Positions 11,197-22,431 of a DNA stretch of 40,813 nt are shown in pieces. The position numbers and the translations under genes were made by a program. Positions within the stretch are counted from its first letter, which is position 1. The number at the start of each line of letters is the position of its first letter. This DNA is from Macrostomum lignano (taxonomy: Eukaryota), in NCBI GenBank assembly GCA_002269645.1, contig NIVC01003662.1:1-40813 (forward strand), written 5' to 3'. The notes beneath the pieces are model-generated. The model saw only the letters and a program-made list of their open reading frames with translations, did not search any database and was not told the DNA's origin.

Positions 11197-12497
11197 ATGC
11201 CACAGTTCAGCCTTACCCGCTTCTGTTTGGTCTTCAGCGCCATCGCTAGTGTTCAGGCGGCTCAGGCTAGAGACTTTGAAGCGGAATTGCTCGATTACTT
11301 GAAGACTAACAACTCTCGGCATAGCCGTGCGCTCAGGCCGAAACTAGATCCACATCAGGTGATTGAAGTGTCGCTCGGTGCTTGTCTGCTGAAAATTCTG
11401 GACGTAGACAGCGCCAAGCAGAGGGTCACCATAGCCGCAACGGTCTACGCGATGTGGTTTGATGAACGCTTCGTCTGGGACCCGACCCAGTTTGGGAACA
11501 TCACAATATTGGAATGGGACAACCAGAAAATCTGGTTTCCTCCAATCGTTATTCTGAATGGTCTCGGCGACAATCAGCTGCTGAAGCCGGAGTTTCCATC
11601 ATTTTTGGCCTCGATGTCATCGAACAAGACATTGGTGTCGACTATTTGGCGACCAGATTTCGAGTTCACCTGCCAATTAAGCATGTACCGATTTCCAATG
11701 GATCGACACGTATGCAATTTTAGTTTGTATATGGAGGACCAGGCTCAGCTATACAAAAGTATCGTTCCAAGCAAGAAATTTTTGTGGAATGCGGAGAATG
11801 AGCAAGATGTGGAGTTAAATGAAATTGGTGCGTATAAAAACAGCAGCGAGTGGCGACTGCTAAGTTTGAGTACTTCGGTAGAATATGGACTTGTCAACTT
11901 TTTTAAGAATTCACCACTGATGCTAATACCAGCCTACAATATGCAAATGGAAATCGAGCGAGTGTCCACTTACTACATGCTACTACTGCACTACTGCTGC
12001 TCACGCTGCTCCAGGTGCTCGTCTTCTTCGTGCCAGTCGAGTCTGGAGAGAAGCTTGGCTTCGGCATCACCATCATGCTGAGCTACACGGTGTTCCTGCT
12101 GCTGCTGGACGGCCTGCTGCCCAAGTCGCAGTCGATGCCGGCCGTGGCGTCGTTCATCACGGCGGCCATGGTGCTGTCGACGTCGTCTCTGCTGCTGACG
12201 TCGGTAGCGATTCGGTTCCACTTCGCTGCGGAGTCTCAGCCGATGCCGTTGTGTCTCCGGGTCGTGTTCGTGAGCTGCCTGGGCCGCGTGATGCTGTGCG
12301 GTGAGCGGCGAGGCGGCAGCAGGACGGCGCCGGAGGGAGACGCCGATGACTCCGTGGTGAGCAAGGCGAGCGACGTCGGTGAAAGGCGCTCGGAGTGGCA
12401 GGTCGCAGCGGTCGCCGTGGAGCGGCTGATGATTTTCTTGGGCTGTCCTGCCGCAGTGGCCATTGTGGTTGCATTTGTCATTGTTCTATCCTGTTAA
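11197..12497 (+). pseudogene. Cys-loop receptor gene 2 with a net 7-nt deletion at the ECD/M1 junction; yields a 294-aa ECD-only ORF (11197-12081)
   Basis: Signal peptide and Cys-loop CQLSMYRFPMDRHVC. The M1-M4 region is intact in another frame (12015-12497). The lesion at 11982-11988 is seen by alignment with gene 1. Confidence 0.88.
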
Positions 12498-13040
12498 TTT
12501 TAACTCGGCTAGACAAAAAATCGAAGCACAGTGATAGAGCGCTCTGTAGTAATATGAACTTATTAAACGTAATTTAAAAAAGCAGTCTCTCTTGTCTAAT
12601 AGTTATTCTCTTTTACGTTCTCTAAGAAATGCCTCGCTGCTGAAGCCTTGGGGTCCAAAATTAAAGGTCACATTTGCTTAAACTATTTACACTAATGGGC
12701 AATGCTTAAAATACAAAATCCAACTTTAAAATCGACGTGGTCGCATTCGCTCTGAATGCACCAATTTTATCCTTTTTGTGAATCTTTGTGGTCTAATTTA
12801 TTTTTTAACCTCTTTTGCGACTAAGGGCTCGGTACTCCAAAACTGAGGCTGTTTTTACTTTATGTACCGGTATGGAAAAGCTTGAGTTTACACGGCACCT
12901 ACGGATTCAGAACGGCGAGTTGGAGACTGTCACCAATTGGGACATCCCAAATCTGAAGCGATCACTGATTTGACTTCTGCAACTTTAACTTTCAGAAACT
13001 TTTAGGCTGCACCTTCGTCCCGCATACTGCCGTCCGGGGC

Positions 13041-13047
13041 TATAAAA
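13041..13047 (+). promoter_or_regulatory. TATA-like element (TATAAAA) immediately upstream of the 23-nt repeat module
   Basis: GGGC-TATAAAA-GGC consensus match only; no transcript evidence. Confidence 0.25.
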
Positions 13048-13055
13048 GGCACACA

Positions 13056-13320
13056 GTGAGGACCAAGGGTTTATTGGGCTGAGGACCATGGGTTCATGAG
13101 AATGAGATCCATGGGTTCAATGAGCTGAGGACCATGATTTCATGAGACTGAGGACCATGAATTCATGAGACTGAGGACCATGATTTCATGAGACCGAGGA
13201 CTATGAATTCATGAGACTGAGGACCATGATTTCATGAGACTGAGGACCATGATTTCATGAGACTGAAAACAATGGGTTCATTGGGCAGAAGAACAAGGCT
13301 TCGTTGTGCTGAAGACCAAT
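13056..13320. repeat. 23-nt tandem repeat (CATGAGACTGAGGACCATGA-ATT/TTT), related to the array at 1-300
   Basis: Shares the CTGAGGACCATG core and the period with the first array. A further degenerate patch lies at about 13530-13590. Confidence 0.88.
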
Positions 13321-14601
13321 GATGTCGTAGCGTGGGGCATGTGTCGCGTTTCTGGGGCGTTTGGTGCTGGTATGAGGTTTCGTTTGATTGGTATTTAGTT
13401 GGCGTGGGGGCTGCTCTCTTATTACTTGCAGCTTGCTTCACTTGCATCTCGCCACGCCAGTTGGGTGAGAGTCTATTTATAACCTTTCTATCGCTTTCTA
13501 TCGCTAACAGAGACAGTGACAGTTCATTAGGTTAGAGACCATGATTTTATTTGTGCTGAGGATCATGGCTTCATGAGACTGGGGATCATGGTGTGGTGGC
13601 GTGTGTCGCTGTTTGCATATACAAAATGTCCTCTACTCGTTGACAGCGAACCTCGACAGCAAAACTGCTATTCCAGTGTGCCGCTTAGAATTTCGGACGA
13701 AACAATTGCATCTAGGTCGTATTTTGGCACCCCGAATAGCTTTTTGCTTTTCTTCCAGCTTTCCAATCTAAAGCAATAATAAATCCACAGTCACAGGCTC
13801 AGAGCGATAGCTAATGCATCCGCAAACACTGGATGAAAGCAAATTATTGTCATAAAAATCTCGAAGTAGTCACTGACCTAGAGTAAATACCTGAGCTATG
13901 TTTACACAGATATGTAAACACGAACACTTGAGTTCAGACCAATGGAATATCTTTGAATCATTTTTTAGGATAAATATAGCTATCTGGATTGATATCCGCC
14001 AGTCAAAGCCAATGGATTATATGGCTCTGGTTCCAGTGCTGTCCGTTCAAACAAAACCCATCACAGGCAGGCTGGTCGCAAAGAAATTTGTTCTACACAG
14101 TGACCTGGCGCTGTTTGCCCTGTGCATTAGCCTAATTGCATTTCGGAGGAGTGTATTTACAAATAGGACTATAGAAACGTATGATTATTAGTGTCCAAAT
14201 ACCAAGTTTTCGGACAAAGCAAAGTTTGTCACGGTATAGATTGGAGTGCTTTCAGTTCCAGGCGTTCAATAAAGTCTTTTTCAGGAAAATCGAGTGTTTA
14301 GTTTATTTCTAATCCAGTTATTAATGTTTGTGATTAAGTGAATAATTAATCTGTCAAATATCTTGTGTGTCCTCTAACGAATGTTTATCAATCTGCCGTG
14401 TTACTCACATTGCCAGTAGTTTATCCAATTACCGCATTAGCAGTTTCATGCTGCAGCATAAATCTGATTAGCTTCAGCCAATAACTACTCACCAGGGAAG
14501 TGAAAAAGCAGCCGAACTCTAAAAAAAGATGAGCCTGCTCACATAAAACCTGCGATTCACCAACCGGAGTTCACTGCTTACTGGTCTCAAATAAGAGCGA
14601 A

Positions 14602-15924
14602 ATGCTGTGTAAAATATTCATTAAAGCTCTTGCTCTTGTCGCCTTGCTGACCACTGAATATCAGTTAGCAGCAGGTGCTGAAGACTACGAGGCCGAACTG
14701 TTGCACTACTTAAGGCACAACATCACCGGCTACAGCCCGACTCTCCGACCATTGCTGAATTCAAAGCAGACTGTCTTTGTGTCAGCAGACATTATAATTG
14801 GTCAGATAATCTTGGTTGACAGCTCAAAGCAGAGTGTAACAATTTCCGCAATTATCTCAGCCAGCTGGAGCAACGAGCGGTTAATCTGGGACCCGGCCAA
14901 GTTCGGCAACATCACCGTGATGGACTGGGACAGCAGTCAGCTCTGGTTCCCTGTTGTGGTCGTCTACAACGGCCTTGGAGACAACCAGCTGCTGAGTCCT
15001 CAGCTTCCGACATTCATCACGTCAGTGTCGCCCAACAGATCTACAGTGTCCACCGGCTGGATCGGGCAGTGGGAGTTCTCCTGCAAGTTTAACATAAATC
15101 GGTTTCCGTTCGATCGGCACTCCTGCGAGATGGAGCTGTTTGCGAATGACCAGAGCCGCGGGTTGCCCAGCACTGTTATAAAGAAAGGGGTCATTTCTAC
15201 TGATGCGCCATCGGAGCCAACGGAGTACAACAATAAGGGTGCCTATAGGACCAATGGCGAATGGAACTTGGTCAACTTGACCACTTATATAAAGAAAATA
15301 CCCTATGAGGTGCTTAAGGGAGCATCAAAGGTTAATCTGTCTACGTTGGCTTTGCACATGGAGCTCGAGCGAGTGCCCACTTACTACATTTTGAGCGTAA
15401 TGACCCCCCTGCTGCTGCTCACGCTGCTCCAGGTGCTCGTCTTCTTCGTTCCCGTTGAGTCTGGAGAGAAGCTGGGCTTCGGCATCACAATCATGCTGAG
15501 CTACACGGTGTTTCTGCTGCTGCTGGACGGCCTGCTGCCCAAGTCGCAGTCGATGCCGGCCGTGGCGTCGTTCATCACGGCGGCCATGGTGCTGTCGACG
15601 TCGTCTCTGCTGCTGACGTCGGTGTCGATTCGGTTCCACTTCGCTGCGGAGTCTCAGCCGATGCCGTCGTGTCTCCGGTTCGTGTTTGTGAGCTGCCTGG
15701 GCCGCGCGATGCTGTGCGGAGTCAAGCGACGAGGTGGCAGCAGGACGGCGCCGGAGCGAAACCCCAACGACTCCGTGCTAAGCAAAGCGAGCAGCGACGG
15801 CGAGAGGCGCTCGGACTGGAAAGCAGCTTCAACCGCCGTGGAGCGGTGCATGATTGTCGTAGGCTTGCCAATCACCGCAGCGCTTTTGATCGCTTTGGTC
15901 GCGGTTCCTTTTGCTGAATTTTGA
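14602..15924 (+). CDS. Atypical Cys-loop receptor subunit (gene 3), intronless, 440 aa
   Basis: Signal peptide, Cys-loop CKFNINRFPFDRHSC, the shared M1-M3 cassette, and DWKAASTAVERC before M4. Confidence 0.95.
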   Translation: MLCKIFIKALALVALLTTEYQLAAGAEDYEAELLHYLRHNITGYSPTLRPLLNSKQTVFVSADIIIGQIILVDSSKQSVTISAIISASWSNERLIWDPAKFGNITVMDWDSSQLWFPVVVVYNGLGDNQLLSPQLPTFITSVSPNRSTVSTGWIGQWEFSCKFNINRFPFDRHSCEMELFANDQSRGLPSTVIKKGVISTDAPSEPTEYNNKGAYRTNGEWNLVNLTTYIKKIPYEVLKGASKVNLSTLALHMELERVPTYYILSVMTPLLLLTLLQVLVFFVPVESGEKLGFGITIMLSYTVFLLLLDGLLPKSQSMPAVASFITAAMVLSTSSLLLTSVSIRFHFAAESQPMPSCLRFVFVSCLGRAMLCGVKRRGGSRTAPERNPNDSVLSKASSDGERRSDWKAASTAVERCMIVVGLPITAALLIALVAVPFAEF

Positions 15925-16520
15925 ATCCGCTTTATTTGCCCCTCTTGAGAGCAGCAAATATTAATTGATAGACCATAGCAAACATGTTTATCAAGCACCT
16001 GATGAGCTTAAAGATCTTTAGTGTTGTCTCTAGTTTAATGCTTTACAATCTGTCATGACTCACAAATGCTACTATTCAAAAGCTATTAATCAACTATCTC
16101 GGATATTTATTTGTCTTTGGACTAAAAATATGTTTTATGCCCATACTATGATATTAATCTTCTGATTCGATAGTGTCATTTTATGATTCAATGTTTTATT
16201 TTTATTCTTTGGATTTATGAGTACAAGGCTACCGTTATAGCTTAGGGGCTGTCTGGTGACTAATAAAAGGTTAAATAATGTAACTCTATGCATTAATTTT
16301 GTTGCAAATATTTATTAAGTGATCTGTGCGATTACTGAAAGGGTTGAGATGTATGAATTTAATGAACTTTACAAATTCGGGTCGCTTTCACAAGACGAAA
16401 CTAAACTTCATAACACAGAAATTTCACAACGACGAAAAATACCGCGCGGCACTTCATAAGACCGAAATTTCACATCATAGAAAACCTAATAAAACAAGGA
16501 CCATGCAGAATTTTGGCCGC

Positions 16521-17210
16521 TGTGAAGTTTCGGTCTTGTGAAGTTTCGGTCTTGTGAAGTTTCGGTCTTGTGAAGTTTCGGTCTTGTGAAGTTTCGGTCT
16601 TGTGAAGTTTCGGTCTTGTGAAGTTTCGGTCTTGTGAAGTTTCGGTCTTGTGAAGTTTCGGTCTTGTGAAGTTTCGGTCTTGTGAAGTTTCGGTCTTGTG
16701 AAGTTTCGGTCTTGTGAAGTTTCGGTCTTGTGAAGTTTCGGTCTTGTGAAGTTTCGGTCTTGTGAAGTTTCGGTCTTGTGAAGTTTCGGTCTTGTGAAGT
16801 TTCGGTCTTGTGAAGTTTCGGTCTTGTGAAGTTTCGGTCTTGTGAAGTTTCGGTCTTGTGAAGTTTCGGTCTTGTGAAGTTTCGGTCTTGTGAAGTTTCG
16901 GTCTTGTGAAGTTTCGGTCTTGTGAAGTTTCGGTCTTGTGAAGTTTCGGTCTTGTGGAGTTTCGGTCTTGTGAAGTTTCGGTCTTGTGAAGTTTCGGTCT
17001 TGTGAAGTTTCGGTCTTGTGAAGTTTCGGTCTTGTGAAGTTTCGGTCTTGTGAAGTTTCGGTCTTGTGAAGTTTCGGTCTTGTGAAGTTTCGGTCTTGTG
17101 AAGTTTCGGTCTTGGGAAGTTTCGGTCTTGTGAAGTTTCGGTCTTGTGAAGTTTCGGTCTTGTGAGTTTCGGTCTTGTGAAGTTTCAGTCTTGTGAAGTT
17201 TCGGTCTTGT
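16521..17210. repeat. 16-nt minisatellite (TGTGAAGTTTCGGTCT), about 43 copies
   Basis: Nearly homogeneous units; the array explains the 250-aa periodic ORF 16470-17222. Confidence 0.97.
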
Positions 17211-17710
17211 TAACAGTGACAAAGAGGTACCGCTTCTATGCTATCAAATCGTGTAACGCTGAATGCAAAACATCGCTAAAAATCATTTTTTACTACTATT
17301 ATCAGTAGTTGAACGGATGAAGAACAGGTTGTTTGTGTTTGGCCGTTATAAAATAACTGAGAGAGTGCTACGGTTGTGTATTTCGGTGTTTTCGTTCACT
17401 GCTGGATAGATTTCATGATTTCTTGCTACTTGATTGTGGCGATTGGCAGAAGTGGTCACCAGGTACATGAATGTTATCGACAGTGCATGTTTGGTTTCGC
17501 TGTTTTGCTAATTTTTATTTTGTTAGTATGATAGCGCTGATACCTTCATTACCCAGTATTTCATAGGATATTTTCGAGCAGAAACTTTCCAAGAGTGTCT
17601 TCAAAACCGAAATCAAAAAAACAAAAATTAATTTGATGAAGGACGTCAGCATCTCTATTTTAGCCACTTCATGAACAGAGGCATCAGCATACTAACCAAG
17701 AGAGAGTTAT

Positions 17711-18535
17711 GCCCACCGAGAGACAGTGCCGCACACCGAGAGACAGTGCCGCACACCGAGAGACAGTGCCGCACACCGAGAGACAGTGCCGCACACCGAG
17801 AGACAGTGCCGCACACCGAGAGACAGTGCCGCACACCGAGAGACAGTGCCGCACACCGAGAGAAAGTGCCGCACACCGAGAGACAGTGCCGCACACCGAG
17901 AGAAAGTGCCGCACACCGAGAGACAGTGCCGCACACCGAGAGACAGTGCCGCACACCGAGAGACAGTGCCGCACACCGAGAGACAGTGCCGCACACCGAG
18001 AGACAGTGCCGCACACCGAGAGACAGTGGCGCACACCGAGAGACAGTGCCGCACACCGAGAGACAGTGCCGCACACCGAGAGACAGTGCCGCACACCGAG
18101 AGAAAGTGCTGCACACCGAGAGACAGTGCCGCACACCGAGAGAAAGTGCCGCACACCGAGAGACAGTGCCGCACACCGAGAGAAAGTGCCGCACACCGAG
18201 AGACAGTGGCGCACACCGAGAGACAGTGGCGCACACCGAGAGACAGTGGCGCACACCGAGAGAAAGTGCCGCACACCGAGAGACAGTGGCGCACACCGAG
18301 AGAAAGTGGCGCACACTAAGAGACAGTGGCGCACACCGAGAGACAGTGGCGCACACTAAGAGACAGTGGCGCACACCGAGAGACAGTGGCGCACACTAAG
18401 AGACAGTGCCGCACACCAAGAGACAGTGCCGCACACCGAGAGAAAGTGCCGCACACCGAGAGACAGTGCCGCACACCGAGAGACAGTGGCGCACACTAAG
18501 AGACAGTGGCGCACACCGAGAGACAGTGGCGCACA
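17711..18535. repeat. 20-nt minisatellite (GCACACCGAGAGACAGTGCC), about 41 copies
   Basis: Read directly; it has no stop codons in any frame, which produces six periodic ORFs. Confidence 0.97.
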
Positions 18536-19110
18536 TCAGTGGCATTGCGACGGTTTTTTCACACACAACTTTGGCATGAAATGACGAAAATACACGCGAC
18601 TGAATTCGTTGTAAAGAAGAGATGTGCCGCTTTAGAATGACACCAAAGCTGTGCTTGCAACTGCTACTGTTTTTGCTCTGTGATTAAAAGTGTCAGGACT
18701 TTGCGGAGACCCCTCGTATATTTAAATTGGATCCACATAACTAAAATTTATCGCGCGCGCCATACCTAGTGTAATGTTACAGTTTGGTATAATTCGCAGA
18801 AGCTTCTAGAAAGTTCCGGTTGGACTATTTTCTATGTGCGACGTATAAGTATACGGTACGTGTCTCCACGATTTTCAAGTTACTTTTCTCTTACGGGAGA
18901 CTCAACAATAAAACAAAAACCACTGCCTCGCTCTGCTTTATTCTCTTCATCGCTGCTATACCAGCACTGCTGATCCAGGAAACCGAGCTGCCATTGTTGA
19001 TAAGGGAGACTGTTCTACGTGACCAGGGGGCACATTACAAGTTAGGTAGTTAGATTCCAAGATAAAATTAACATTTTACACTTTCTACTTTTTTAAAGTA
19101 GACTTCAAAA

Positions 19111-20430
19111 CAGGGTTCGGCAAACTCCGGCTCGAGGACCGCATACAGCTTGCGAAGCATCCGGCCCTCGGGTCCTTTGAAACTTGACAAGCAATTCGGT
19201 CCCGCTCAAGGTTTGTGTCGCTTTGCAGCTCTCCTCTAATAATCTCTTCTCTGTAATAAATCTCTTATCTGTAACAAATGTCTTCTCTATTAAGTCTCCT
19301 TTCTAATAATCTTTTCTCTCTAATAATCTCTTCTCTCTAATAATCTCTTCTCTCTAATAATCTCTTCTCTCCAATAATCTCTTCTCTCTAATAATCTCTT
19401 CTCTCTAATCATCTCTTCTCTCTAATAATCTCTTCTCTCTAATAATCTCTTCTCTCTAATAAATCTCTTATCTGTAACAAATCTCTTCTCTATTAAGTCT
19501 CCTCTCTAATAATCTTTTCTCTCTAATAATCTCTTCTCTCTAATAATCTCTTCTCTCTAATAATCTCTTTTCTCTAATAATCTCTTCTCTCTAATAATCT
19601 CTTCTCTCTAATAATCTCTTCTCTCTAATAATCTCTTTTCTCTAATAATCTCTTCTCTCTAATAATCTCTTTTCTCTAATAATCTCTTCTCTCTAAAAAA
19701 TCTCTTGTCTGTAACAAATCTCTTCTCTATTAAGTCTCCTCTCTAATAATCTCTTCTCTCTAATAATCTCTTTTCTCTAATAATCTCTTTTCTCTAATAA
19801 TCTCTTTTCTCTAAAAAATCTCTTGTCTGTAACAAATCTCTTCTCTATTAAGTCTCCTCTCTAATAATCTTTTCTCTCTAATAATCTCTTTTCTCTAATA
19901 ATCTCTTCTCTCTAATAATCTCTTTTCTCTAATAATCTCTTCTCTCTAATAATCTCTTCTCTCTAATAATCTCTTCTCTCTAATAATCTCTTCTCTCTAA
20001 TAATCTCTTCTCTCTAATAATCTCTTCTCTCTAATAATCTCTTCTCTCTAATAATCTCTTCTCTCTAATAATCTCTTCTCTCTAATAATCTCTTTTCTCT
20101 AATAATCTCTTCTCTCTAATAAATCTCTTATCTGTAACAAATCTCTTCTCTATAAAGTCTCCTCTCTAAAAATCTTTTCTCTTCCTTCTCTCCTCTTCAC
20201 TTCTTTCACTTCTCTTCCCCTCTCGCTTTTCTCCTCTCTCTTCTCTCTCCTCTCTCGTCTCTACTCTCTCCTCTCTCCTCTCTCGTCTCTCGTCTCTACT
20301 CTCTACTATCTTGCCTCCTCTTTTCCTCTGACCCTCTTCCCTATCCCCTCCTCTATCCGGCAGTCATGCACTATGACTAAATTCTCTATCTACATGTAGC
20401 CCTTGAGGCAAAAAAGTTTTCCAACCCCTG
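19111..20430. mobile_element. hAT (Buster/Charlie-like) non-autonomous element filled with a CT-rich minisatellite
   Basis: Imperfect TIRs CAGGGTTCGGCAAACT and AGTTTTCCAACCCCTG (13/16 match). The 8-bp flanks CTTCAAAA and CTTTAGAA match at 6/8, and the right flank fits nnnTAnnn. Confidence 0.7.
19236..20356. repeat. 17-nt minisatellite (TAATAATCTCTTCTCTC) with a recurring interrupting block, followed by a polypyrimidine tract (20161-20356)
   Basis: Read directly. The block AAATCTCTT(A/G)TCTGTAACAAAT recurs five times. Confidence 0.93.
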
Positions 20431-21099
20431 CTTTAGAAAATATGATTTCTTTAAAATCAGCTAAAATCGTACAAAAATTTAAATCATACCTGACTCGCGG
20501 TGTGTCCGACTCCGGACGGCTAAAGTAACTCCGTTATCTGCCTAGAAAAATACACACAGGAGCAGCACTGTTAAGTAAACAGCAAATTCGACTCAGTATA
20601 AGAGTTAAATGTATTAGCAATGTCCACACCAGAAAGTCAGGTCTTACTGTCACACGCAGGTGCACAATGCATGCAGGACAACATGTATGCACATGTGCGA
20701 GTAGTTTGAACAGATATGTTTACTCGTAGCGTCCAAAGCACGCAAAAGACCCAGGGAGGGAACCTAGCTGCATATCAGATATATGGATATGTATTCACCG
20801 CGACTCCATTTCTATCTACCTAATAAAGTACTGTTTAATCCTTGCAAACAAAAGCTGCCAAAGCAGTCGCCTTGTCATTCGATACAATCACGCAAATGAT
20901 ATGGTTCCTCACGGTAAATGCATCAAGTCTCTTGTAAACAATTTCGTCCCTATACCCGCTGCTTGGATTGGTTCGGCATGAAAGGATTTATTACCAGCTA
21001 ATATTAAACGCTGGTGGACGACGCACAACAGTAGGTAAAAAGCCCTGACTATCTAGAAAGCTTATCAAAACTTCAAGACGTTAACAGCACAATATCCAA

Positions 21100-22431
21100 A
21101 TGAATACGCCCTGGCAACTACGGCCTGCCGCGCTCCTTCTGCTGACGTTTGCGTTTGGCGGAATCCAACAGGCTCAGTCGAGAGGCTTTGAAGCTGAACT
21201 GCTCAAGTATCTGAAAAACAACATCACCGATTTCAGCCGAACACTTCGACCAAACATCAATCCCGAGAAGGTAGTTGAAGTGTCAATAATGGCGTTTCCT
21301 TTCCAAATTGTGTCAGTGAACAGCGTTAAACAAAGCATGACAATAAACATAATTTTGCAACTCAGCTGGTTCAATGAGCATCTGGTTTGGGATCCTGCGA
21401 AATTCGGACGTCTGTCTGTCATAGAATGGGAAAACCAGCAGATTTGGACTCCTCCGATTGTGATTTTTAATGGCATCGGTCAAAACCAGTTCCCCGTGCT
21501 TCGGTTCCCTTTGCACTTATTATCAACTACTAGAAACCTTTCAATAGTGGCCACCTCCTGGAGAGATGAAGTGGAATTCTCTTGCAAGCTCGACATGCGC
21601 CGTTTTCCATTTGACCGACACAGCTGCGATATGGAGCTGTACATGGAGGACCAAGCCCACATGTACAATTCAATAGTTCCTACAGTTAAAAATCTGTGGA
21701 ATGAATCAAAAGAATTCAATGAAAAAAGTGCCTACCAAGAGAGCAGTGAGTGGAGAATGTTGAACTTGAGCACAAGTGTACACACGCGACAGTTTCAAAC
21801 ATTCAAAAACTCGCCGCCGACTCTTTTACCGATCTACACGGTTCACATGGAGATCGAGCGGGTGTCGACTTACTATGTGTTGAATGTATTGACTCCCCTG
21901 CTGCTGCTCACGCTGCTCCAGGTGCTCGTCTTCTTCGTGCCCGTCGAGTCTGGAGAGAAGCTGGGCTTCGGCATCACCATCATGCTGAGCTACACGGTGT
22001 TCCTGCTGCTGCTGGACGGCCTGCTGCCCAAGTCGCAGTCGATGCCGGCCGTGGCGTCGTTCATCACGGCGGCCATGGTGCTGTCGACGTCGTCTCTGCT
22101 GCTGACGTCGGTGTCGATTCGGTTCCACTTCGCTGCGGAGTCTCAGCCGATGCCGTCGTGTCTTCGGTTCGTGTTCGTGAGCTGCCTGGGCCGCGTGATG
22201 CTGTGCGGTGAGAGGCGAGGCGGCAGCAGGACGGCGCCTGAGGAAGACGCCGACGACGCCGCGGTGAGCAAAGCGGGCCATGAAGACGAGAGGCCCGTAG
22301 AGACCTCCGGAGACCCGAGGCGCTCGGAGTGGCAGGTCGCAGCGGTCGCTGTGGAACGGCTGATGATTTTCTTGGGCTGTCCGACTGCAGGGGCCATTTT
22401 GGTTGCATTCGTCATTGTTCCTGTGCTGTGA
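21100..22431 (+). CDS. Atypical Cys-loop receptor subunit (gene 4), intronless, 443 aa
   Basis: Signal peptide, Cys-loop CKLDMRRFPFDRHSC, the shared M1-M3 cassette, and EWQVAAVAVERL. Confidence 0.95.
   Translation: MNTPWQLRPAALLLLTFAFGGIQQAQSRGFEAELLKYLKNNITDFSRTLRPNINPEKVVEVSIMAFPFQIVSVNSVKQSMTINIILQLSWFNEHLVWDPAKFGRLSVIEWENQQIWTPPIVIFNGIGQNQFPVLRFPLHLLSTTRNLSIVATSWRDEVEFSCKLDMRRFPFDRHSCDMELYMEDQAHMYNSIVPTVKNLWNESKEFNEKSAYQESSEWRMLNLSTSVHTRQFQTFKNSPPTLLPIYTVHMEIERVSTYYVLNVLTPLLLLTLLQVLVFFVPVESGEKLGFGITIMLSYTVFLLLLDGLLPKSQSMPAVASFITAAMVLSTSSLLLTSVSIRFHFAAESQPMPSCLRFVFVSCLGRVMLCGERRGGSRTAPEEDADDAAVSKAGHEDERPVETSGDPRRSEWQVAAVAVERLMIFLGCPTAGAILVAFVIVPVL

Noticed and set aside
16470-18399. Long periodic ORFs (195-250 aa) on both strands
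   Set aside because: They are translations of 16- and 20-nt stop-free tandem repeats. The unit lengths are not multiples of 3 and several frames are equally open.
17711-18535. RAG/Transib heptamer array
   Set aside because: The unit has GACAGTG, not CACAGTG, and no nonamer at 12/23 spacing.
18750-18772. Helitron 3' end (GCGCGCGC...CTAGT)
   Set aside because: The palindrome is too short, and no 5' TC end or Rep/helicase sequence was found.
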